Shown: positions 52,300 through 63,006, numbered from the whole stretch's first letter. The stretch: 63,913 nucleotides of DNA, filler included, from Octopus bimaculoides (GCF_001194135.2; 6 parts of 5 records of this genome joined end to end with filler, not necessarily neighbours in it); one strand, 5' to 3'. Notes: generated from the sequence alone by a model not told the origin. Translations and numbers: made by a program.

Positions 52300-54509
52300 G
52301 ATATGACCCTCTCCGTTTGGGAACAGTCTCCTTAAAAAGGAAAATCAGAGAGGTGTCAGTTAATTTAGCAGAGATTGCTTTAGAAAGCAGAATAGAAAAC
52401 AAACTGGTTAGTAACTTAAAAGAAACATAAAAGTGGGATTGCAAATGACATGCTTGCGGTGAGAATAATACTCGACCATTTCTTCGATGTAAAACAAGAA
52501 GGCTGTATTGTCCCAGCTAGGGTGTGTGTCTTGAAGCGCGAAGGTTCAAAAGCCGTTGGTTGGGCCTGGATAGTTGGGGCAGAGCATCGAAACAGATCTA
52601 GGATTCGCTCTGTGACAGACAGCAGTGGCCATCTGCACTCCGACTCCAAACAGAGCGCAGTGTTTCGGCAGCATTTCGCCGACCTCTTTTCGAGGAGAAG
52701 TATTCTTGATACAGCGGGCCTTGAAGCTTACCTCGAGGGTATGCCTTGCATATCGGACAAGAATATCGAGTTGTGCGAGAAGCCGATTTCAGTGGAGGAA
52801 GTGGAAGATGTACTGGGCCACTGCGAGGGACACAAATCACCAGGATTGGATGGTCTGCCCTATGAACTATATATGCCCACATGCCGGACTTGTTTACGCC
52901 AGTTTTAGCACATGTCTACTGCTACTAGCAACAGACGTGTGAGCCAGGGAGTGGTGACACTGCTGAGAAAGGATCCGAACAAGGAGGATGAGATTGAAAA
53001 CTTCAGACCCAAAACACTACTCAACATAGAGTTAATGACTTTAGCTAAGGTGCTCACCAAGAAGCTGGCACTTTTTGTCGATAGAATAGTCGGGAATGCA
53101 CAAACCTTTGCGATACCCGGTACATCTATCCACGACAATCTCCACCTCATATGATAGATCGTAGAACGGGACGGGAATAGATCGGGCTTTGAAGGTGCAC
53201 TGGTCAATTTGAACCAATCCAAAGCTTTTGACAAGGTGGACCATCACTCTCTGGCGTCTTTCTTAAAAGCTGTCAGTTTTGCCCCGTTTTCAGTGGCTAG
53301 ATCAGCACAATATTTAATGGCATCTGTTCGGTTGTCAAATTGAATGGCCACCTCTCGGAACCATTCAGCGTTGAACGTTTGGTATGCTAAGGATGTCCCC
53401 TCACCCCGCTTTTATATATCTTAGTCTTAGAACTCTTGTTGCAAAGAATGGAGAATTTGAAGGGTATCCCGCTGAAACTAGGTCGCAGGAGAGCAATGTC
53501 CGCATACGCAGACGAAGTCACTATAATCTACGGACATAGAAAAGATCGACACTATACTGAAAGAATATCGGGAATGCACAGGAGTACTCATAAACCATGA
53601 CAAATCAGTAGGTCTGCAAGTAGGCTCTTCGAGGGTAAAGTTGACTAGCAGCGATTTTGCCGCTGGACGGAGGATCCGGTGAAATTGCTCGGAGTCTGGT
53701 TTGGATCAGATGCCCAGGTAGAGAGGAACTAGGAAGAGGTCATGACTAGGGTGACAAAGCTACCTATAAATGGGCAAAAAGGAAGCTGTCTCTGAAAGGC
53801 GGTGAGGAAATAACGAAAGTATATATCGGTTCGGTAGTATACTATAGTCTAGCCGTCGTACTTTGTCCTAAGAAAACTCCGATTCTTATGGAAGAGTCAG
53901 ATTCTGCTGCTCAGAAAATCCATCTGCTATCAACACCCACACTGTGGAGGTCTTGGGATGCCATCCTTAATGATGCAGCGTCATGCTTTGAGGCTGTCGC
54001 ACCTACACAAATATCTAAATCACTGCGATGATGTGGACGACAACGACAACGAAAATAAGAGTGAACTGGTGTAGGCGTCTTATGTGCGACACGTCTTTCC
54101 GCAGCTCAGCTCATTGATAGAGCTGCAGTCATGGGTCAAACGTAGAACAAGGTTGGGTGTTTGGCTTCTAGAATGTTGCCAGGCGCTCACTGCATTGTAC
54201 CAGCTGCCCAAAACCGTTAGCGGGAAAACAACCCAAGACTTCTATAGGGGCTAGCTCAGCGTATGAGGGTTCCTCGATTATCCCTTGAAGCCTTTCTATA
54301 TCAGGAGGGCCACATCTCTATCATCCTCCCCGCCAATTTGTTTTAACATTTGTATATTATGCATATGCCCCTTCTTTTTCAGTGTATACCGTGTATACTT
54401 AATTTCTTTCCTTCCGTTTTTTTTTTATCATTTCATTATATGTAAACCCCTACATTTTATGTCCGACTTTGTCCCCGTCATTCTTCACCCTTGTGACAAA
54501 TAAATAAAA

Positions 54510-54510
<1 letters not shown>
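52300..54510 (+). mobile_element. Decayed L1/Tx1-clade LINE ORF2 (RT present; endonuclease absent) with 3' UTR
   Basis: KSPGLDGLPYELY (about 52834); NFRPKTLLN...LAKVLTKKL...QTFAIPGTSIHDNLHLI; QSKAFDKVDH; GCPLTPLLY; YADE at 53505-53516. Many stops and frameshifts; AATAAA then (TTA)n tail. Confidence 0.9.
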
Positions 54511-54541
<31 letters not shown>

Positions 54542-54560
54542 GTTGTTGTTGTTATTATTA

Positions 54561-54761
54561 AGACAGCGAGCTAGCAGAATCGTTAGCACGCCGGACGAAA
54601 TTCTTCACGGTATTTTGCCCGTCACTACAAATTTCCACGAGGCCGACTTTGCTTTTCGTCCCTTCGGGTCGATAAATCAGGTAAAAGTGAAACACTGAGG
54701 GCGATGTAAACGACTAGTCTCCTTCACGATAATTTCAAACCTTGTGCCTTTAGTAGAAAGG

Positions 54762-54817
<56 letters not shown>

Positions 54818-55030
54818 CATCATCATCATTAAGGCGGCGAGCTGGTAGAAAGAATCGTTAGCACGCCGGGCAAAATGCTTAGCATCATTTCAACCGTCTT
54901 TATGTTCTGAGTTCAGATGTCTTCCGTGGTCGACTTTGCCTCGATAAAATAAGTACCAGTTGATCACTGGGGTCAATGTAATCGATTTACTTCTTCCCCA
55001 GAATTTTCTGGACTTGTGCCAAAATTGAAC
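54561..55030 (+). mobile_element. Two SINE family B copies separated by (ATT)n (54561-54765; 54831-55030)
   Basis: cagcgagctagcagaatcgttagcacg...; aaggcggcgagctggtagaaagaatcgttagcacg... Confidence 0.85.
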
Positions 55031-55205
55031 CCATTATCATTATTGCATTGGGTTGTGGAATCTTTAGAACTTTGGAAAAAAAATGTTTTGTAGTAGTTGT
55101 TCCAGTTCTTTAGTCGATGTTTTGCCTCAAGGAAACAATTTAAATTACGATTCGGAATTTGTGTTTTGAACATTTCCCCTCATTTTTCTTATACATTTTT
55201 TCCCC

Positions 55206-55366
55206 GGCGCAGGAGTGGCTGTGTAGAAAGTAGCTTGCTTTCCAGCCACATGGTTCCGGGTTCAGTCCCATTGCGTGGCACCTTGAGCAAGTGTCTTCTA
55301 CTATAGCCTCGGGCCGACCAAAGCCTTGTGAGTGGATTTGGTAGACGGAGACTGAAAGAAGCCGTC

Positions 55367-55420
<54 letters not shown>

Positions 55421-55649
55421 GTATGTGTATATGATTGTGTGTCTGCGTTTGCCCCCCCCCCAACTTCGCTTGACAACCGATGCTGGTGTGTTTACGTCCC
55501 CTAACTTAGCGGTTAAGCAAAACAGACCGATATAATAAGTTCTAGGCTTACAAAGAATAAGTTTTAGGGTCGATTTGCTCAACTAAAAAGAGGCGGTGCT
55601 CCAGCATGGCCGCAGTTAAATGACTGAAACAAGTAAAAGAGTAAAAGAG
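55206..55649 (+). mobile_element. SINE family A, full length
   Basis: ggcgcaggagtggctgtgtag...ggttcagtcccattgcgtggcaccttgagcaag...(TA)n...ggcggtgctccagcatggccgcag...gtaaaagagtaaaaga. Confidence 0.95.
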
Positions 55650-55766
55650 ATTTATTCTGGGATTCTCTTATACGCTGTTCAATGAGACAATTTGTTCATG
55701 ATGATGATGATGATGATGATAGCGAGAACAATGGGGTAGATGTCCACGACAACGGCAAGCAGCCAC

Positions 55767-55886
55767 GCAGTCGGCGAAGAAACAGGCGACAACAACGACG
55801 CAGTCGACGTAGAAACAGGCAACCACAACGACGCAGTCGACGTAGGAACAGTCGACGTAGGAACAGTCGACGTAGGAACAGTCGAC
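55767..55886. repeat. Nested minisatellite: two 33 bp units followed by three 15 bp units
   Basis: gcagtcg(g/a)cg(a/t)agaaacaggc...acaacgac x2; gtcgacgtaggaaca x3 plus gtcgac. Confidence 0.85.
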
Positions 55887-56659
55887 GGTGATTGCAACGG
55901 CAAAGGAAGACGCAGGCGATCACGGCGACCATGACTACGAAGGCAGCAACGACTACGGCTAGTGCGACGAGGACAACGACGACGACAAAAGGCAAAACCG
56001 ACAACGCGACAACACCGAAGACGACGACGACGACAACGATGATGTTAACGCTATCGTTTATCCATGCTACTGCTGTCTCCCTTGATACCGAAGTGAGGGG
56101 TCTGAGCGAAGAATTTTCTCATTAGAACGTCTGCATGTGCAAAATCGACCGGACAGATCTCGACTACAAATACGCAAACACATAGACACATATCAACGCA
56201 AACAAATACTCATTTGATATATATATATATATATATATANNNNNNNNNNNNNNNNNNNNNNNNNNNNNNNNNNNNNNNNNNNNTTAATTAATTAANNNNN
56301 NNNNNNNNNNNNNNNNNNNNNNNNNNNNNNNNNNNNNNNAAGGTATTTTTTTCTTATTGATTTGGTCAAACAAAAGGGTCAGTGTTCACAGTGTATCTGT
56401 GGGTGGTGGTGGTGGTGGTGGTGGTGGTGGTGGTGGTGGTGCTGTGCCCACGTGGGCCGTCTGGGACTTGTCATATCGAGTCCTTTAATGTTTCTCCTGA
56501 ACTTTGGTAAGTCAATGGCAGTGGTGGAGCTAGAGGGACTGTGTCACCTCGGGCAGCTTTTGTGTTTGCCGCCATCCGCCTTCCTGCTCCCTACACTGAC
56601 TTATAAAGCAAACCCTACCGCCCCCTCCCCATAAAAGTGCTGACTGGGGCGGGCCGTTC

Positions 56660-58140
56660 CCTCACTCTAGATGTCCCCTAGGTGTCGATGGTTGTGAAGG
56701 ATCGACCTCCTGTAAAGGAATGACTGATTGTGGTGGTCATTTTTGGAATGATTAAGGACTTGATAGGAGGAGGAGGAAAGTCGGTAACACCTGAGTAAGA
56801 GTGAGAGTTACTAGAGATCAGTCAGTTCCGAAGAGCAGAAGCCATTGCAGTAGCGGTAGAAAAAGTGGAGAAGAAATAGTGCGTCCGTGGACCAGAAGTG
56901 TAATTCGGTGACCAATTCAGTCAGTTAAGAGGCGAAAGCTGCGTGTATGTTTGTATGTATTTGTGCGCGCGTGTGTGTAGCAGCAAAACTGTCCCGGATG
57001 TGGAAACAGTTCGTGTTGGGTGTCACTATAGTTTAGTAGAGACTGAATAATTAGTCGGGGCTGGAATGTGGGGTGTGGACCATCCAATGTATTCCCGGAA
57101 GCCCGAAAAGGTAGCCCTAGTCTTTATAATGGTGTCTTTACTACATTAAAGATGTGAGTTCACCAGAAGGGGTTGTTGTTGGCACTCCGTCGCTTACGAC
57201 GACGAGGGTTCCAGTTGATCCGATCAACGGAACAGCCTGCTTGTGAAATTAACGTGCAAGTGGCTGAGCACTCCACAGACACGTGTACCCTTAACGTAGT
57301 TCTCGGGGAGATTCAGCGTGACACAGTGTGACAAGGCTGACCCTTTGAATTACAGGCACAACAGAAACAGGAAGAAAGAGTGAGAGAAAGTTGTGGTGAA
57401 AGAGTACAGCAGGGTTCGCCACCATCCCCTGCCGGAGCCTCGTGGAGCNNNNNNNNNNTAACGTGCAAGTGGCTGAGCACTCCACAGACACGTGTACCCT
57501 TAACGTAGTTCTCGGGGAGATTCAGCGTGACACAGTGTGACAAGGCTGACCCTTTGAATTACAGGCACAACAGAAACAGGAAGAAAGAGTGAGAGAAAGT
57601 TGTGGTGAAAGAGTACAGCAGGGTTCGCCACCATCCCCTGCCGGAGCCTCGTGGAGCTTTAGGTGTTATCGCTCAATAAACACTCACAACGCCCGGTCTG
57701 GGAATCGAAACTGCGATCCTACGACCGCGAGTCCGCAGCTCTAACCACTGGGCCATTGCGTCTCCACACCAGAAGGGATACATAGTGATAGAAAGGCCAA
57801 AACATTTGTAGCAACCTTCAAAGATTTAGTCATGCGTTGTTCATGTCTAGAGAGAAATGAGGGCTCTAAGGTTTTCTCAGTGTTTATCGTGGCTGTGTGT
57901 GTGGTGTGTGCTTTTGAAGGAGACGAGTTTCGTGTGACTCAGTTGGGGAACGGTTTTGGAGTGTCCGTTCGTAGCATATGTACGGATTTGGCAGGAGATG
58001 TCAGTGTTGCATATTGGATAATGTTTGGGTGCGGGAATGAAGGGTGACGAAGGAATGGAGAATGCTGCCATCCAGGGTGGGTGAGCATTGATGGAGGTGA
58101 CGACGAGTTGTTCGTTGATGTGGAAAGTGGTGGAGGTGTA
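56660..58140 (-). mobile_element. Heavily decayed Penelope-like RT, 5' half (interrupted by a SINE)
   Basis: Minus-strand motifs in PLE order: LVV-x19-FIPAPKH, RALISL...D.I...K..G..I.M, GRTISS, SFT..RSFTTIDT*G (similar to DVxSLYTxIP). Needs frameshifts, so tentative. Confidence 0.5.
57172..57766 (-). mobile_element. tRNA-headed SINE, family C ((AAC)n tail), with 11 bp TSD
   Basis: TSD caccagaaggg at 57161-57171 and 57767-57777; same head as 38999; internal block duplicated across N10. Confidence 0.9.
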
Positions 58141-58188
58141 GAGTATGTGTGTATGCGTGTGTATGTGGAAGAAGAGAGAGAGAGAGAG

Positions 58189-58242
<54 letters not shown>

Positions 58243-58577
58243 GGAGTCATAATTAAAACCTGGAGAACATACCACCGTTGATAGAGTATGAGTCAATGAG
58301 AGGAGAGAGAGAGAGGGGGAGATAAGAAAAAGAAAGAGAGAAGAAAAAAGAGGAAGATAGGTACTTTATTGACCTTGAAAGGGTAAATATATATATACAT
58401 ATATATATCGTAAAATGTAATTGCCAACTAAATTTGGCGGTCCCATACAGGACGATGCTACTGTTGTTTTTAGCCGCAGGAGGACATCTCCTCCAGCTGG
58501 CTAACGACACACTGCCTGTGTCCAATTAGTATTTGCGAGGGGAAATCATCGTTCCCATCTATAAGCCTTACACGATA

Positions 58578-58622
58578 CACACAGACCAAGGTTTCTGAGT
58601 AGTAACCCATCGTCAGCGTGTG
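58578..58622 (-). ncRNA. Type I hammerhead ribozyme with complete catalytic core
   Basis: Minus strand CACACG-CTGACGA-TGGGT tact ACTCA-GAAAC cttg GTC-TGTGTG. Stem I 6 bp (one G.U), stem II 5 bp (one G.U), stem III 2 bp with near-palindromic loop, GUC site. Confidence 0.75.
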
Positions 58623-58995
58623 ATAATCCCGAGCTAGTGATGACAACTCATTCTATACGCAAAATACTATATGATTTTTCCAGTGACAAACTGTCGCTGA
58701 TACACACACACTAAAGAAAGAAGTCGGTCACGGTATCTCACTCCAGAAGTAGTGAACCGGAACGATTACAGCAAAACAGTCTACTGATGCTCCACCAAAC
58801 CTGCCCGCTTGCATCTGGATGTAAGCTTTAGGGGGAGGAAAAGGCATAAACATCACAACTTCCTTTACTTCACTCAAAACACATTCACCAGAAAAGTTTA
58901 TATCACTTCCCTGGAACTTATTGCAAATTCATAACAATATTTCGCTGTATATCAAATATTAATATTGTATAAATATTTTGCGTAACAAATACGTA

Positions 58996-59406
58996 GGCGC
59001 AGGAGTGGCTGTGTGGTAAGTACCTTGCTTACCAACCACATGGTTCCGGGTTCAGTCCCGCTGCGTGGCACCTGTGGCAAGTGTCTTCTACTATAGCCTC
59101 GGGCCACCAAAACCTTGTGAGTGGATTTGGTGGATGGAAACTGAAAGAAGCCCGTCGTATATATGTATATATATGTGTGTGTGTTTGTGTTTCTGTGTCT
59201 GCGTTTGTCCCCCCACCAACATCGCTTGACAACCGATGCTGGTGTGTTTACGTCCCCGTAACTTAGCGGTTCGGCAAAAAGAGACCGATAGAATAAGTAC
59301 TAGGCTTACAGAGAATAAGTCCTGGGGGTCGATTTGCTCGACTAAAGGCGGTGCTCCAGCATGGCCGCAGTCGAATGACTGAAACAAGTAAAAGAGTAAA
59401 GAGTAA
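58996..59406 (+). mobile_element. SINE family A, full-length reference-like copy
   Basis: A box TGGCTGTGTGG, B box GGTTCAGTCCC, CORE-like GGCACCTGTGGCAAGTG, internal TA/TG slot, (GAGTAAA)n tail. Confidence 0.95.
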
Positions 59407-59960
59407 TATTACTGATTTTAGGTTTTATTTCGTTTGCTCATTTACCAATTAATTAATTTATTAATTAATGAAACATAGAACAAGCTTTCTCTTGGAATAT
59501 CTATAGTTATATTAATTTTAGCGTCTATCGTTCAACCCTTCCAAAAATTTCTCCCCCCCAAGAGAATTAGTTCTTCTTCCTTATTACGGTAACAAATAAA
59601 ACGGAATATATTAGGTTAGAAAAAGCAAGCCAAGTTAACTTGTGTGTCTTGGGAATAACAACTGTCAGCTTTGCCAGATATTTTACCGTTTTTTTTTTTG
59701 TTTTTTTTTCCTTCTTTCGTGGGAATGGCAAGAATATTTTATACTTTCGCTTTCTTGGATGACAAATAATAAATAAAACGAACCGGAGTGTGGGTTATCT
59801 TTTCTCCCACTCACCAAATAAATTGATAGAAGAAAGCAAGAAATGATAAATAAATAGACGTGATTGGCAAATATTGATGTTGGTTTTAGCTAACGAACTG
59901 TGTAATAATATATTGGTGATAGAGATAACAGGAATTAGTATTCATTGACATAGCTAACAA

Positions 59961-60008
<48 letters not shown>

Positions 60009-60085
60009 GTATACACGCACATGCACATTCATACATGCAGCATACATACATACAGAAAGGCAAACATATTGGGATGGATTAACAA

Positions 60086-60126
<41 letters not shown>

Positions 60127-60131
60127 CAGAA

Positions 60132-60169
<38 letters not shown>

Positions 60170-60745
60170 NNNNNNNNNNNNNNNNNNNNNNNNNNNNNNN
60201 NNNNNNNNNNNNNNNNNNNNNNNNNNNNNNNNNNNNNNNNNNNNNNNNNNNNNNNNNNNNNNNNNNNNNNNNNNNNNNNNNNNNNNNNNNNNNNNNNNNN
60301 NNNNNNNNNNNNNNNNNNNNNNNNNNNNNNNNNNNNNNNNNNNNNNNNNNNNNNNNNNNNNNNNNNNNNNNNNNNNNNNNNNNNNNNNNNNNNNNNNNNN
60401 NNNNNNNNNNNNNNNNNNNNNNNNNNNNNNNNNNNNNNNNNNNNNNNNNNNNNNNNNNNNNNNNNNNNNNNNNNNNNNNNNNNNNNNNNNNNNNNNNNNN
60501 NNNNNNNNNNNNNNNNNNNNNNNNNNNNNNNNNNNNNNNNNNNNNNNNNNNNNNNNNNNNNNNNNNNNNNNNNNNNNNNNNNNNNNNNNNNNNNNNNNNN
60601 NNNNNNNNNNNNNNNNNNNNNNNNNNNNNNNNNNNNNNNNNNNNNNNNNNNNNNNNNNNNNNNNNNNNNNNNNNNNNNNNNNNNNNNAATTAACAATTTT
60701 GCCGGGTAGCTCAGTATGAAAAAACCTTTTCGGTAAAATCATTTA

Positions 60746-60968
60746 TAATCATAAATATATAGGGATTGACAGTAACCTGCTTGTCCAACATACTGAGAAT
60801 TCAGAAATAGCAGCCCCAAAACTACAAATTATTACTCTAAAAAAATATCGCTATCATTTTAGAGTAATAATTTGTAGTTTTGGAATCAATAGTTCTTTGG
60901 CTGCTATTTCTGAATTCTCAGTATGTTGGAGAAGCAGGTTACTGTCAATCCCTATATATTTATGATTA
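60746..60968. repeat. Near-perfect long inverted repeat (fold-back/MITE-like)
   Basis: Left arm 60746-60842, loop 14 nt, right arm 60857-60968. One mismatch plus a 15 nt insertion (60884-60898); TA at both ends. Confidence 0.95.
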
Positions 60969-61356
60969 GATAGATAGATAGATAGATATAGATATAGATA
61001 GATAGATAGGCCGGTAGGCAGGCAGGCAGGGATGCTACCTGTTATAGCAACGAGCCTGTATTTGACTGTTATTTCTGGTATCGTTGAGATAATATAGCGA
61101 TGGACAGTGGGCACCTCTCATTCGCAACGGGGACAAACCTCGACGAGGTCTAAGCAGAATCTGACAACTTGTTGGACAAATAGCAAATGTTATTGAGCCA
61201 CCACCACTACTACTACTACCACCAACAACGAGAACACTATTACCACCACCACCACCACCACCACCACTACCAAATGTTAACTGCTGTGAACTCAGAGACA
61301 CAGTTTTCGGCAGACTGAATGATATTTGTAATAACAGCAATTACGGTATGTGGGTC

Positions 61357-61405
<49 letters not shown>

Positions 61406-61537
61406 TGAGTAGGTAAGGATGGTTCGACGATGAGGTGNNNNNNNNNNNNNNNNNNNNNNNNNNNNNNNNNNNNNNNNNNNNTTAATTAATTAANNNNNNN
61501 NNNNNNNNNNNNNNNNNNNNNNNNNNNNNNNNNNNNN

Positions 61538-61815
61538 GCAAGTGTCTTCAGTCCCACTACATGGTTCCTTGGGCAAGTGTCTTCTCCGACTGAGACCTTG
61601 TTAGTGGATTTAGTAGCCGGAAACTGAAAGAAGCCCGTCGTATGTGCGTGTGTATGTGAGTGTGTGTATGTGTGTGTGTGTACGTTTCAGTCTGTTTATC
61701 CCCAACCACAGCTTGACAACCGATGTTAGTGTGTTTACGTCCCCATAGCTTAGTGGCTCGGCAAGAGAGACTGAGAGAATAAAGTACCAGGCAACAAAAA
61801 TATTTGTCTCGGCAT
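61538..61815 (+). mobile_element. SINE family A (head in gap)
   Basis: ccttgggcaagtgtcttc...ggaaactgaaagaagcccgtcg...cttgacaaccgatg. Confidence 0.85.
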
Positions 61816-62856
61816 GCAGCTGACTGTGAGTTGTAGTGAAAAATACACAGAAGGAAACTAAACAGAAATTTTACGTTGGGCAAAATATTTTCTTTTTTAT
61901 CAAGTAAAATATTTACATTGTCGACTGGTTTCGCTTATGCTAATCATAATTAAGTAGTTAGTAATAATATTACAATTCCATGCTATCAAAATAAGTTTTC
62001 ATTCCATGTTAGTAGGGGGAAGGACATTTTATGTGATCTGGTATGGAAGGTGGGTCCATAGAGTGGTCGTGTTTAACATCATCAGTTACAGCACTGAATG
62101 AACGCTGCTGAACAAGATACTATTTACCAGTTTGATTCTGAATCCAGCTGTCCAACTGACTGTTCCATTTAAAGGTTTCTTTATTTAAGTTATAGTTCTT
62201 AGCAAAACGTTCTCTTTTACTATTACACGCGCGCGCGCGCTAACACACACCTAAATACAAACAAAATGCTACATGTAAATCATATAAAATTAACAGGTCA
62301 TTGCTTTCAGGGGCTTTCATTATGCATTTAGCCTCAACACATAATTCCATTGCTTCATCTATTTGATTATTGAGGTCCCCTGTAAACAGGGTCTGTCACA
62401 CAAGATACACTTCCTAATCAGAACTGATAGCTATCTCTCGCCCACCTATCCTTTTAAAGACAAGCAAAACAAACGCTTTTATAATGTCGAGGAGTTATTT
62501 ACATTTTATTTCCCACCCAAATAAATATGGCATTTCTTACTTCGGCCTTCCCATGACTAGAATAGGCGTTACGTACACAGAGACATTTATAAAGAACGTC
62601 TGATAAAACAGTTTTTTTTTTTACTACTTTTATTTCTTCGCATCTATTATTTCCAAATATCTCTCTCTAATTCCAGTTTCGAATAAAACCGAAATTCAAC
62701 TCACATCGAAATCTGAAATAAGACTGAAGATGGAATGATAAGACGTCATTACATTCTAGTGGAATGTTTTATGTCACAAGATGTAATACTTCTCACCAAA
62801 CAGGAAGAAAGAAATTAACGAAAGGTCGTTCAGGAATGTGACAAATGAACACGTGG

Positions 62857-63006
62857 TTAGATGGCTTAGTTAGTCGTTTGGCAATCTTAGATGGCTTAGT
62901 TAGTCGTTTGGCAATCTTAGATGGCTTAGTTAGTTGTTTGGCAATCTTAGATGGCTTAATTAGTCGTTTGGCAATCTTAGATGGCTTAGTTAGTCGTTTG
63001 GCAATC
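62857..63006 (+). repeat. 30 bp tandem repeat x5 derived from a SINE head A-box segment
   Basis: ttagatggcttagttagtcgtttggcaatc x5 (two single-base variants), followed by gaggtcagaGGTTGGATCCCattgcttggcatctcagacaag. Confidence 0.9.

Noticed and set aside
56518-56660. cagtggtggagctag...tgtcacc...gccccc resembling a DNA-transposon terminus
   Set aside because: No matching opposite terminus or TSD identified.
57282-57657. Internal direct repeat of about 170 bp in the family C SINE
   Set aside because: Identical copies either side of an N10 gap: unmerged contig overlap. The same applies to 48582-48723 and probably 48797-49173 and 50028-50150.
1536-60742. Long ORFs containing runs of X, and YI/HT/CV/RE-repeat ORFs
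   Set aside because: They are open only because of N gaps or dinucleotide microsatellites.
8348-61493. Recurrent TTAATTAATTAA motif
   Set aside because: Always isolated within N runs; scaffolding linker, not biology.
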